Shown: positions 44,992 through 54,873 of the stretch, one piece after another | Numbering within the stretch: position 1 is the stretch's first letter | Layout of the letters: each line of letters opens with the position of its first letter | Assembly: GCA_027062365.1 (NCBI GenBank) | Contig: JAMOTK010000066.1 | Location: 12,782 to 76,781 of the forward strand | Direction: 5' to 3' | DNA from: Sulfurovum sp. | GTDB lineage: Bacteria > Campylobacterota > Campylobacteria > Campylobacterales > Sulfurovaceae | Length of the DNA stretch: 64,000 bases | Position numbers and translations under genes: made by a program | The notes under the pieces: generated by a model | Told to the model about the DNA's origin: nothing | The model's database searches: none | What the model saw: only the letters and a program-made list of their open reading frames with translations

Positions 44992-46482
44992 CTAAAAAAA
45001 GACTTTCATAAAAGAAGCACCTACATCGGTGGCTATGTCTTTGGCTACGTTGCCCATGGGCATATTTTCCATGATTTTTCTATTATTTTTACCTATCATT
45101 TTATCCACTTGTTTGTCCATTTGGTAGCGTATGAGTTTTTGCATGTTGAGGTTGACTTTGGGTTTGTCTAATGCTCCATAGACCTTGCCTGAAAACTCTT
45201 GTTTTTGCATTTTAAAATCAAAGTAGGCATTGATAGTCTCTTTTTTGGTATTTATTTTGGCATTGCTCAGATAGATATGGCTATGGTCGTTGGCTAGTTT
45301 TAATTCACTTACAATCATATTGTTATGATAGGTTATATCTAACGTAGAGTTATCAAAGGTTTCATTGAGCATATTCACCCCTGATTTTTTTCGGATTACA
45401 TCAGCAAGTTTACAGTGTAGAAATTTGGCATTATGTAGTCGAGTATTGACCACAAGGGTATCTTGTATGAAGTTATAATAGATATGCCCTGTAGCATTGG
45501 CTACCAACATAGAAGGAAAAGGAAAAAGAGCCACCATCTCATGCAAGAGTACATTATCTAATTTAACTTTGAGTCCATCATTCTCAAAGGTAAAATCAGT
45601 CATCCCTCCATAACTTTTAGAAAGACCTGTTACTTTAAAGTATTTGGCATAAGACATTTCACCAATAGCATAGAAAGCTCCATTGTACTTATATCCTAAT
45701 AATTGTTCTAATTTACTAAGCTCTTTTATATCAAGTACATAGTGAGCATGGGCTGTTTTTTTTTCTTGTTGATAGACACCTTTACTAAGATTGAGCGTAA
45801 GGTAAGGAGAGGTAATATCCATGATAAAGGTATGTATATCATTATTGATAGTAACTTTAGTATGTAAAGATAGAGGAATACCTTTAAAGTGATTGTCTTT
45901 AACATCATAGGTAATCACTCCTTGTTTGTGCTTTTTACTCATGAGTGAAAAATATACCGTAGCGTTGGCTTTTCCTTTGATAATGGCTGTCTGTCCTAGT
46001 AGTCGGAGTAATTTACTAGAATTAATATCATCCATTTGGATATGTATATCTTCTACTTTATCGGTATATTTTATCGCGTTATAGTTGACATAACCATCTA
46101 GTGCTACGCCTTCTCCTGAGAGTATAAGTTTTGTAAAAAACCCTTTTATCTTACCATGTATAGCAATAGTATCATCTATCTTACACTCTTCTGTAGCGAT
46201 ACATTCACTAGAGAGGGTGTAGAGCATATCCATACGTGTATCATCTAAGTATCCATTGAGTGTAAGCTTTGCTTTTTTATGTATATTAAGTATCAGTTTT
46301 ACCTGAGGATAAGACCATATATCTATAGATTTTATCTCTATATCTAAATCTGTTTTTTTACTTAACTCTTGACTGAGTATAGCGTATAGGCTATTATTGC
46401 CCAAAGGTGTAAAGAGAAAATAAAAAACAAATAAAGAAGCAAGGATAAGAAAATAGACAAAATATTTGAACACTCTAAACAT
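44992..46482 (-). CDS. Membrane-anchored AsmA/TamB-like protein, one ~440-aa module
   Basis: N-terminal TM (YFVYFLILASLFVFYFLF). Beta-rich body with SSECIATEECKIDDTIAIHGKIKG, and C-terminal GKVYGALDKPKVNLNMQKL...MPMGNVAKDIATDVGASFMKVFF. A paralogue of both halves of the upstream gene. Confidence 0.5.
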   Translation of the reverse strand: MFRVFKYFVYFLILASLFVFYFLFTPLGNNSLYAILSQELSKKTDLDIEIKSIDIWSYPQVKLILNIHKKAKLTLNGYLDDTRMDMLYTLSSECIATEECKIDDTIAIHGKIKGFFTKLILSGEGVALDGYVNYNAIKYTDKVEDIHIQMDDINSSKLLRLLGQTAIIKGKANATVYFSLMSKKHKQGVITYDVKDNHFKGIPLSLHTKVTINNDIHTFIMDITSPYLTLNLSKGVYQQEKKTAHAHYVLDIKELSKLEQLLGYKYNGAFYAIGEMSYAKYFKVTGLSKSYGGMTDFTFENDGLKVKLDNVLLHEMVALFPFPSMLVANATGHIYYNFIQDTLVVNTRLHNAKFLHCKLADVIRKKSGVNMLNETFDNSTLDITYHNNMIVSELKLANDHSHIYLSNAKINTKKETINAYFDFKMQKQEFSGKVYGALDKPKVNLNMQKLIRYQMDKQVDKMIGKNNRKIMENMPMGNVAKDIATDVGASFMKVFF

Positions 46483-49145
46483 TAAAAGAATATTCCCATA
46501 AATGCACCACCCATACCACTTGCCATATCTTTGGCTGCATCCCCCATAGGCATACTTTCCATCATTTTTCTATTGCCTTCTCCTACAAAGGTATCGAGTT
46601 GCTTATCCATCTCATGTCGGATAAGTTTTTGCATATTTAGATTGAGTTTGGGGTCATCAAGTGAGCCATATACCTTACCTGTAAAGGCTTGTTGTTGCAT
46701 ATTTATATCAAAAAAGCCATTGATAGTGTTGAGATTGGTATCTATCCTTGCATTGGTTAGTGATAAGTGACTTTCATCATTGTCTAAGATGAGATTACCG
46801 TTTATGATTTTATCATGGTATTTTAAATCTAAAGTAGAACGGTCAAACGTTTCTTTGAGTAGATTGATACCAGATTTTTGATAAATATCTTCTATGGTGT
46901 CACTATAGATAAATTTGGCATCAATGAGGTCAGCCTTTATCCTGATGTCTTCTGTGTTCAAATCATAGTGTATCTTCGCAGTGGTAGTGGCATCGAGTAA
47001 AAGAGGATAGGAAAATATATTCATTACATTTTTAAAAGAAACTTGTGATAAGTTTATATCTATCTTGTCGTTCTCATAGTTAAATTCGGTCAATCCATCA
47101 AAGGTTTTAGAAAGACCATGTATGATAAATTGATTATGATAATTGACTGTACCTACAGCATAAAAAGGACCTTTTACTTTTGTACCCAAGAGTGATTTGA
47201 GGGTTCGTATGTCTTCTATTTTTAGCGTATAAAATGCTTGGGCTTCATTGCTCTTTAGATAGAAAAATCCTTTGTCTAATGTAAGTTTGGCATCAGCTAA
47301 GGATATATTGGCTGTAAAGTCATGTCTATCATCATTGAGTACGATGTGACTATCTAAGGTAAAAGGCAAATCATAAAGGGTGGCATTTTTAAGTGTGTAG
47401 TGTAATTTTCCTTTTTTACTACCCTCAGAAAATAGTCTAAAGTCAGCTTCTAAATCAACCTTACCAGCAGGTAAATCAGGATGTCCTAGAAGTGTAGAGA
47501 GTTTTTTGGCATGGATATTGTGCATTTTGATATTGATGTCTTCAAAGGTATGGCTACGTTTGACAGCCCTATACTGTACACGACCATCAAGGGCAATACC
47601 TTTACCTTCTATATTGAGACGTTTTAAGGGTCCACTGACATGACCTGTGAGATTGACATCATCTATGATAGTACAGATATGGCTAGGCAGTCTAGCAGCA
47701 GAAAGAGCATAATCTACACTTGCCCATTTATTGTTGATAAGACCATTGAGTTTGAGTGCATAATGCTTTTGAACTATGCCATCATATCGGATGTAGGTAT
47801 CATTAGCAGAGGTATATTTATCTATCTTTACAAAGAGGTCACCTTTGAGAGCATATTTAGCCAATTTCAAATCAACTGTACTTTGTACCGAGTGGTTTTT
47901 ACTATTTATTATTGTATTGGCAAATTTTAAATGATTGTTTGTATTGTTTAAGCTTAACGTGCTTGAGAGTGTCTCTTCTATGGTTCTTAGTTTAAAGGTA
48001 TTGTGTGTGAAGACTTCTGTTGCCAAATTAATATGTGATTTTTCATAAATACTTTGGGTTAGGCTACTTTTCTTAAAGCGAACATCAGAAAGGTTTGCAT
48101 CAAATTGGACATTTTTAGTTAAAAAATTATAGATACCTTTTCCTGTGAGATTACTATCCAATACACTGGTCGTAGAGAATTTTTCAAAAAGAGGAGACAA
48201 TGGAACATTATCAAGATAAAAGTGTAATTTCCTTTCTTTGTAGACCAAATCAAGTACCCCTCCAAAACTTTTGGAGAAGCCTCGTATGAGGACACCTTCT
48301 TTTTTGCTATAGTCTATCTCTCCTGTACTATAAACAGCACCTTGGTAACTTAGATGTAATAGCTCTTCAAGGTCTGAAGCTTCTTTTATATCTACGATAT
48401 ACGTACCATGGGCTATTTGTGTCTCTCGGTTATAGATACCGTCTACTAAGGAGACTTCAGCTGTAGGGCTTTTGACATGTATAAAAAAATTGTGTATAGT
48501 ATCTTGGGTACTGATATGTATCTTTACTTCTGTATCCAAACCATGATAGTCTTTATCATGTACGCTATAGCTTAGTGTGCCTCTTCTTTGTTTTTTGTTG
48601 AGGTGACTTATATTGAGTTGGGCATTGGCTTTTCCCTTAAAAATAGGGTTTTGACCTAGTAATCTAAAGAGTTTACTAGCATTTATATCTGCAAATGATG
48701 CGTTGACATCTCTCACACCATGTCGTTGCTTAATCCCTTGATAACGTATGTGACCATCAAGGGCATGACCCTCACCTAAGATAGTAGCATGATGTACTTT
48801 GCCTTTTATAGTCCCTGTGATATTGACATCATCTTTAATACTACAGATATTACTCTCTAAGCAGTTGCTTGTAATACTATAGTGCATATCAAGCTTTTTA
48901 TCTTCATACACACCTGCTATTTTGAGTGTATATTTTTTTTCTATCAAAATCTCTGTACTCATCTTAGGATAAGATTTTAGATTAAGGTCGATAAGTTTTA
49001 TATGTAAATGGTTCTTTTCTGAAAGTACAAAACTAATGATAGAGTACCCTTGTTGCTTTCCTGAAGGGGTATAGACAAAATAATAGAGTGCTATAACGAT
49101 AAGAAGAAATAAAAAAAGAATAATTTTAAAAGTTTTTTTTAACAT
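46482..49145 (-). CDS. Membrane-anchored AsmA/TamB-like protein, two tandem ~440-aa modules
   Basis: TM (IILFLFLLIVIALYYFVY). Module 1 carries TSNCLESNICSIKDDVNITGTIKG and module 2 carries LPSHICTIIDDVNLTGHVSG. The C-terminus is GKVYGSLDDPKLNLNMQKL...MPMGDAAKDMASGMGGAFMGIFF. TAATG overlap with the downstream paralogue. I prefer the ATG at 49145; the track's start is 49202. Confidence 0.5.
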   Translation of the reverse strand: MLKKTFKIILFLFLLIVIALYYFVYTPSGKQQGYSIISFVLSEKNHLHIKLIDLNLKSYPKMSTEILIEKKYTLKIAGVYEDKKLDMHYSITSNCLESNICSIKDDVNITGTIKGKVHHATILGEGHALDGHIRYQGIKQRHGVRDVNASFADINASKLFRLLGQNPIFKGKANAQLNISHLNKKQRRGTLSYSVHDKDYHGLDTEVKIHISTQDTIHNFFIHVKSPTAEVSLVDGIYNRETQIAHGTYIVDIKEASDLEELLHLSYQGAVYSTGEIDYSKKEGVLIRGFSKSFGGVLDLVYKERKLHFYLDNVPLSPLFEKFSTTSVLDSNLTGKGIYNFLTKNVQFDANLSDVRFKKSSLTQSIYEKSHINLATEVFTHNTFKLRTIEETLSSTLSLNNTNNHLKFANTIINSKNHSVQSTVDLKLAKYALKGDLFVKIDKYTSANDTYIRYDGIVQKHYALKLNGLINNKWASVDYALSAARLPSHICTIIDDVNLTGHVSGPLKRLNIEGKGIALDGRVQYRAVKRSHTFEDINIKMHNIHAKKLSTLLGHPDLPAGKVDLEADFRLFSEGSKKGKLHYTLKNATLYDLPFTLDSHIVLNDDRHDFTANISLADAKLTLDKGFFYLKSNEAQAFYTLKIEDIRTLKSLLGTKVKGPFYAVGTVNYHNQFIIHGLSKTFDGLTEFNYENDKIDINLSQVSFKNVMNIFSYPLLLDATTTAKIHYDLNTEDIRIKADLIDAKFIYSDTIEDIYQKSGINLLKETFDRSTLDLKYHDKIINGNLILDNDESHLSLTNARIDTNLNTINGFFDINMQQQAFTGKVYGSLDDPKLNLNMQKLIRHEMDKQLDTFVGEGNRKMMESMPMGDAAKDMASGMGGAFMGIFF

Positions 49146-49260
49146 GGGATACAATGACCTTACTAATGATAATTTACAATTTTTATAGTATAGCATAATC
49201 ATCTAGTATAAATGACTTTGTGGTTATAATATTTGTCATAAACAATAGAGGAATGTAACG

Positions 49261-51081
49261 ATGCAAGACGTAGTACAATGGCTCAAAGAGCATGGAAATT
49301 TAAAAATCATAGATGAGCCTCTTGATGTGGAGCTTGAAATCCCTCATGTGGCATACATAGAAGTCAAAAAAGAAGACTCACGACCACTTCTTTTTACCCA
49401 TCCTATCAACAAAGCCAAGGGGATAGAATATACGATGCCTGTGCTTATGAATATCTTTGCATCTAAGGCATTGACACAAAAGATTTTTGGTAAACATCCT
49501 GATGAACTGGCAGACGGTATTGATGCTTTGCTCAAACTCAAACCACCCAAAGGACTTAAAGCCACACTTCAAATGCTTCCTAAAGCACTCTCTTTAAAAA
49601 ATGTATTTCCCAAACGTCTTACAAAAAGAGGACGCTGTCAAGAAGTGATAGTCCCCAAAGCACAGGTAGATTTGGATACCTTACCCATACTTAAAACATG
49701 GGAAGAAGATGGAGGAGCATTTATCACGATGGGGCAGGTCTATACCCAAAGCCTCGATGGGCAGATGCAAAATCTAGGGATGTACCGACTTCAACAGTAT
49801 GATAAAAATAGACTAGGTATGCACTGGCAGATACACAAAGATGCCTCTCACTTCTTTGACCAATACCAAAAAGCAGGTAAAAAGATGCCTATCACGGTAG
49901 CCATCGGAGGAGACCCCCTCTATATCTGGTGTGGTCAAGCCCCTATGCCTTATGGGATGTTTGAGCTTCTACTTTATGGCTATGCACGTAATGCCAATGC
50001 AAAGCTAGTGAAATCTATCTCCAATGACATCTATATCCCTCATGATGTTGATGTGGTTATAGAAGGGTTTGTTGACCCCACGCTTACAGAGATAGAAGGT
50101 CCTTTTGGTGACCATACAGGCTACTATACCCTAAAAGAGCCTTTTCCTGTGATGGAAGTAGAGACGATTACAATGAAAAAAAATCCTGTTTTCCAAGCAA
50201 CCGTAGTAGGCAAACCACCTTTAGAAGACAAGTACATGGGATGGGCTACAGAACGTGTGTTTTTACCCATGCTCAAACCTATGGCTCCTGACCTTATCGA
50301 CTATAATATGCCTGAAAATGGTGTATTTCACAATCTTATCTTAGCCAAAATGAAAACCCTATACAAGGGTCATGCTCTGCAATTTATGCACGCATTTTGG
50401 GGTGTAGGGCAGATGAGTTTTGTCAAACATGCACTCTTTGTAGGAGAAGATGCCCCAGAACTAGAAGAGAGCCAAGCCCTTACCTTGCATATCCTCAATC
50501 GCTTAGACAAAGATAAAATCCTCATCACTAAAGGTATCGTAGACCACTTAGACCACTCCTCTGATGAGCAGTTTGTAGGAGGAAAACTAGGCATTGACGC
50601 TACAGGAGATGAAGTAGCCCAAGGGTTAGACTCTTTGCTAAGTGATAAAGCATTAGAAGCCAAAATAAAAGCCATACTCCCTGATGTCACAGCCATAAAA
50701 CAATACTTTACCCAAAGTAAAAACCCACTTTGTGTCATACAAATAGACAAACAAACAAGCATGAAAGAAGAGATACCCAAACTAGCATCTCTTGCACCTC
50801 ACATCAAAGTCCTTATCATCATAGACCAAGCCAATAATGACATAGAAGATGCCTATATGCTAGTATGGCGTGTAGTCAACAACATAGACGCTTCAAGAGA
50901 TGTACAATTAGAACCATTTATTAGCATAGATGCCACCAGTAAAAGCACCCTAGACGGCTTCACAAGAGAATGGCCAAAAGACACCCTATGTACCAAATCA
51001 GTCTTAGATAGCCTCCAAGAAAAAGGCATTATAGATATAGATGAAGCATTTATTAAAAAGTTTGGACTGTTGGATTTTTAG
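49261..51081 (+). CDS. UbiD-family decarboxylase (menaquinone/futalosine-pathway type)
   Basis: 606 aa with UbiD hallmarks: PLLFTHP, GGAFITMG.V.T, NLGMYR.Q, W.IHKD, GGDP, EGPFGDHTGYY. Confidence 0.85.
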   Translation: MQDVVQWLKEHGNLKIIDEPLDVELEIPHVAYIEVKKEDSRPLLFTHPINKAKGIEYTMPVLMNIFASKALTQKIFGKHPDELADGIDALLKLKPPKGLKATLQMLPKALSLKNVFPKRLTKRGRCQEVIVPKAQVDLDTLPILKTWEEDGGAFITMGQVYTQSLDGQMQNLGMYRLQQYDKNRLGMHWQIHKDASHFFDQYQKAGKKMPITVAIGGDPLYIWCGQAPMPYGMFELLLYGYARNANAKLVKSISNDIYIPHDVDVVIEGFVDPTLTEIEGPFGDHTGYYTLKEPFPVMEVETITMKKNPVFQATVVGKPPLEDKYMGWATERVFLPMLKPMAPDLIDYNMPENGVFHNLILAKMKTLYKGHALQFMHAFWGVGQMSFVKHALFVGEDAPELEESQALTLHILNRLDKDKILITKGIVDHLDHSSDEQFVGGKLGIDATGDEVAQGLDSLLSDKALEAKIKAILPDVTAIKQYFTQSKNPLCVIQIDKQTSMKEEIPKLASLAPHIKVLIIIDQANNDIEDAYMLVWRVVNNIDASRDVQLEPFISIDATSKSTLDGFTREWPKDTLCTKSVLDSLQEKGIIDIDEAFIKKFGLLDF

Positions 51082-51161
51082 GGAGTTTGTTGAATGGGGT
51101 TAAATGATAAAATATATAATTACTATAGCAAACTTGTTTTGCTATAACTAGGGGGAAAGTA

Positions 51162-51845
51162 ATGCAAAATTTAAATAATTTATCACTAAAACAAAGAGAA
51201 GAACTTTTTAGACAACTTCGTATCTCTATAACCCATCATTCAAATGCGATGGAAGGGACAACTCTCTCTTTTGGAGAGACCAAAGAGTTATTAGAACATG
51301 GAAATACGGCAGGAGATAAACCTTTACATGAACAACTTGTTATCTTGGGCTTTGCAAAAGCTTATGATGTCATAGTGCGTGAGGCTACCAATCCATATAC
51401 TATTATAGACAGTAGTTTTATAAAAGATATTCATGCGATTATGTTTGAAGATGCTTTAAAAGTAGTACCTCAATTTATTTCTAAACCTATTGGAGCATAT
51501 AGACTAGATGAAAGGTATATAAAAGGTGTAGATATAAAACTCTCAGTACCTAATAAAATCTCAAATGATATTGAAAATTTATTGTATAGATTTAATAGTA
51601 ACCGTATGAGTTTAGAAGATATTGCAGAGTTTCATATATTATTTGAAAGAATCCATCCATTTGCCGATGGCAATGGAAGAGTAGGCAGATTAATCATGGC
51701 TTTTCAAGCTATCCAAAATAATATAGTTCCCCCATTAATTGAGAATGAGCATAGAAGTGAATATCTGACAGCTATCAATGATAAAAATGAACTTTTTAAA
51801 TTTATAGATGAGAGTATTCAAAACAGTATGGATTTACTTGACTAA
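51162..51845 (+). CDS. Fic-family protein (AMPylase type) with an N-terminal inhibitory motif, class II layout
   Basis: Active-site HPFADGNGRVGRL. The upstream SNAMEG matches the (S/T)xxxE(G/N) inhibitory helix motif. Confidence 0.85.
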   Translation: MQNLNNLSLKQREELFRQLRISITHHSNAMEGTTLSFGETKELLEHGNTAGDKPLHEQLVILGFAKAYDVIVREATNPYTIIDSSFIKDIHAIMFEDALKVVPQFISKPIGAYRLDERYIKGVDIKLSVPNKISNDIENLLYRFNSNRMSLEDIAEFHILFERIHPFADGNGRVGRLIMAFQAIQNNIVPPLIENEHRSEYLTAINDKNELFKFIDESIQNSMDLLD

Positions 51846-51874
51846 AAAGTATAAAAAATTGGATAATATATAGT

Positions 51875-52390
51875 ATGAATCAAGTTTTAGCTTTTTATTC
51901 AATTTATAAAATTATTATCAATGAAGTATCAAGATATAATCATTGTACTTTAAAAGCATTAGGTAGTCATACAGCAAGTGATAGAACATCTAAAAGTGCT
52001 GGAGATATTGAAATATTTAATAAGCATGAATTGTTTGAAGCAATAGAGATAAAACTAGATAAGCCTATTGATGCAAATATAGTAAGAATAGCAAAAGAGA
52101 AAATAATAAAATACAATCCTAAAAGATATTATATCTTATCATATTATGAAGTTAAGATAGAAGATGAAGAAGAGATAAATAAAATAATTCAAGAAGCAAA
52201 AGAAGAGCATGGGTGTCAAATAATCGTAAATGGAATTATGGCAACATTAAAATACTATATGAGACTCATCAGTGATTTAGAAGTTTTTTATACTATTTAC
52301 TCTGAATTAATAAATAATGATACTGAGTTAAAAGCTATTCATAAGCAAAAATGGAATGAATTAACTTTAGGATTAAATCATGAGTTATAA
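51875..52390 (+). CDS. Small PD-(D/E)xK-like protein; candidate type II restriction endonuclease partner of the downstream methyltransferase
   Basis: 171 aa. The string AGDIEIFNKHELFEAIEIKLD gives D...ExK spacing. Its 3' end overlaps the methyltransferase start by 11 nt. No family was recognised by eye. Confidence 0.4.
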   Translation: MNQVLAFYSIYKIIINEVSRYNHCTLKALGSHTASDRTSKSAGDIEIFNKHELFEAIEIKLDKPIDANIVRIAKEKIIKYNPKRYYILSYYEVKIEDEEEINKIIQEAKEEHGCQIIVNGIMATLKYYMRLISDLEVFYTIYSELINNDTELKAIHKQKWNELTLGLNHEL

Positions 52391-53444
52391 GTTTATTGAT
52401 CTATTTGCAGGTATTGGTGGATTTAGAACAGGTTTTGAAAAAAATGAATGTAAATGTGTATTTAGTTCAGAAATAGATGAACATGCAGGTGAAATGTATC
52501 AAGCTAATTATAATGAAACAGTCTTTAAAGATATAACAACGATAAATGAAAAAGAGATACCAAATCATGATGTTTTATTGGCAGGTTTTCCATGTCAACC
52601 TTTTAGTATTGCAGGAGAGAAAAAAGGTTTTAATGATACTAGGGGAACTTTATTTTTTGATATTGAAAGAATATTAAAAGAAAAAAAGCCAAAGGCTATT
52701 GTCTTAGAAAATGTAAAACATTTTAAAAGTCATGATAATGGAAATACTCTGAAAGTTGTTTTAAATGCTTTAAATAAATTAGGCTATACAACTAATTGGA
52801 AAGTACTCAATGCTAAAGATTTTGGTGTACCACAAAATAGAGAAAGAACAATAATAATAGGCTCTTTAAATGGAATTAAATTTGATTTCAACAGCTTAAA
52901 GACGAAACAAGTTATTAGTATTAAAGATATTCTTGAAGAAGATAATGGACAAATAGAATACTTAGATAAAAATGAATATACACTTATAGAAAATCCTAAG
53001 AAACAACCATCTGGACTAATTTTTGTAGGGTATAGAAATAAAAAAATACGAACAAAAGGAACAAGACCAGATACAATACATTTATCAAGAGTGCATAAGC
53101 AACCAAATAGGATATACTCATCAGAGGGAACACACCCCACATTATCATCACAAGAATCAGCAGGAAGATATTTTGTATATCACAATGGAAAAGTAAGAAA
53201 ACTAACTTTAAAAGAGTGTTATAGATTAATGGGATTTAAAGATGATTTTAAATTACTTGGCTCAAAAGCTAAACTTTATAATCGAATTGGAAATTCTATA
53301 GTGATACCCATGGTAGAAGAAATAGCAAAAGAAGTTAAAAAACAAATATTAAATAAAACAGATGAAGTGGTAAAATGTAAAAAATCTATGCAACAAATGT
53401 CATTATTTGATTTTGAAAATGAAAAAAATAAACTTGTGGGATAG
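52380..53444 (+). CDS. DNA (cytosine-5)-methyltransferase
   Basis: Motif I FIDLFAGIGGF, IV GFPCQPFS, VI ENVKH, VIII QNRERTIIIG, IX LTLKECYRLMGF, X GNSIVIPMV. Confidence 0.92.
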   Translation: MSYKFIDLFAGIGGFRTGFEKNECKCVFSSEIDEHAGEMYQANYNETVFKDITTINEKEIPNHDVLLAGFPCQPFSIAGEKKGFNDTRGTLFFDIERILKEKKPKAIVLENVKHFKSHDNGNTLKVVLNALNKLGYTTNWKVLNAKDFGVPQNRERTIIIGSLNGIKFDFNSLKTKQVISIKDILEEDNGQIEYLDKNEYTLIENPKKQPSGLIFVGYRNKKIRTKGTRPDTIHLSRVHKQPNRIYSSEGTHPTLSSQESAGRYFVYHNGKVRKLTLKECYRLMGFKDDFKLLGSKAKLYNRIGNSIVIPMVEEIAKEVKKQILNKTDEVVKCKKSMQQMSLFDFENEKNKLVG

Positions 53445-53512
53445 TGTAACACACACAATAACACATAACAAAAAGTGTACTAAAAATCTAACAAAATAGA
53501 ATACCCCATAAA

Positions 53513-54193
53513 TTAACCCACCACCACCTTGATAAACCCAGCAGGTTTTATCTCTAGGGTGCTTTCTTGGATGGTTACTATGTCTCCATCTAGTTCTATG
53601 AGGTTGTAGTTGTTTTTTAGCTGTATGCTCATTGGTACTACTTCGCCACGGAAGCTACCTATCTTGGAGATGAATCGTGCAGGGGTAAAGATGAAAAACC
53701 TTCTAGGGCTTAGTAGCATGAATGGGGTCATGATGAGGTGTAGGGGGAGTAAGAAGAATACGGCTAAAAGGTACTTTGTGATGCCTTTTTTTAGGATACC
53801 AAAGCGTAAGGTTTCTGCTAGGAAGATATGTTGTAAATCACCCATATTTCCTGCTGAAAATAAAAATATTTCTTGATTGAGACTAAAATAGTGATGTTTT
53901 TCATCTATGAGAGGTGTATTATTACTTAGTTTATCAAGTATATTTTTTAGTTTTGGTACTTTATGTAGTTTGGCAATAACATTAAATGAGCCAGTGGGAT
54001 TGAGTATAAATTTTGCTTTTATGACGATGCCTTGGAGTGCTTTGAGTACACGGCGTATCGTGCCATCTCCACCGTGGATGATGATATAGTCATACTCTTG
54101 TATATCGTCTTGTGTAGAGAGTTGTGACTCTGTAATAGAGGTGATTTGGAGTGAGTTATGACTGATATTTTGACCAATAGAGAGTATATGCAT
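53513..54193 (-). CDS. Diacylglycerol-kinase/NAD-kinase-like (GGDGT) family protein, short form
   Basis: YDYIIIHGGDGTIRRVLKAL then NPTGSFNVIAK. At 226 aa it is shorter than typical YegS/DagK proteins. Confidence 0.55.
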   Translation of the reverse strand: MHILSIGQNISHNSLQITSITESQLSTQDDIQEYDYIIIHGGDGTIRRVLKALQGIVIKAKFILNPTGSFNVIAKLHKVPKLKNILDKLSNNTPLIDEKHHYFSLNQEIFLFSAGNMGDLQHIFLAETLRFGILKKGITKYLLAVFFLLPLHLIMTPFMLLSPRRFFIFTPARFISKIGSFRGEVVPMSIQLKNNYNLIELDGDIVTIQESTLEIKPAGFIKVVVG

Positions 54194-54228
54194 TTTGACC
54201 CTTAGTATTATTGGATATAATTATAGCC

Positions 54229-54873
54229 ATGAAACTTGAAAATGAAGATGTTTTAGATAGATTTGTAATCTGTCATCAATGTTATACACTCCATGAAGAG
54301 ATACCTATTAAAGATGGCTCTCATGCTTGTTGTACAGGCTGTGGGGGTATCTTGTACCGATATGATACGAGGCTTGTCGATCATGGTTTGGCATTGAGTA
54401 TGACGGGGCTTGTCTTTTTTGTTTTGGCAAATGCCTTTCCTTTGGTGGAGATTGAACTTTTGGGAGTGGGGCAGTTTCTTACGATACCCAAGACAATTTT
54501 TTCTCTTTTTGCGAGTGGTTTTTACATTGTAGGGATTATTTGTGCCTTTCTTATCTTTATCTTTCCTTTGATGATTTTTCTTATCAATACACTTCTTTTT
54601 ACCTTGCTTAAGTTTAGGGTTGGTACAAAACTTTCTAAAGAACTTTTGGTACTTTTAGCCTATATCACGCCATGGAGTATGAGCGATATATTTTTAGTCT
54701 CAATACTCGTCTCCTTAGTTAAGCTTATCGGCTATGCTCAGATACATATGGGAGTGGCTTTTTGGGCGTTAATGGTCTTTGTCTTGATTGATTTGTATCT
54801 CGTAAAATATATTCATCTCTCTGAGATATGGATGCTACGCAAGAGAATTATACTCAAGGAAGCAATAAAATGA
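54229..54873 (+). CDS. pqiA: PqiA-family membrane protein (first half-gene)
   Basis: Zinc-ribbon CHQC...CTGC, then 4 TM helices and the WSM.DIF motif (PWSMSDIFLVSIL). I prefer the ATG at 54229. Confidence 0.8.
   Translation: MKLENEDVLDRFVICHQCYTLHEEIPIKDGSHACCTGCGGILYRYDTRLVDHGLALSMTGLVFFVLANAFPLVEIELLGVGQFLTIPKTIFSLFASGFYIVGIICAFLIFIFPLMIFLINTLLFTLLKFRVGTKLSKELLVLLAYITPWSMSDIFLVSILVSLVKLIGYAQIHMGVAFWALMVFVLIDLYLVKYIHLSEIWMLRKRIILKEAIK

Noticed and set aside
44926-45171. 81-aa plus-strand ORF starting inside hairpin repeat B
   Set aside because: It begins within the intergenic repeat and then runs antisense to the well-supported 3' end of the AsmA-like gene. It has no RBS.
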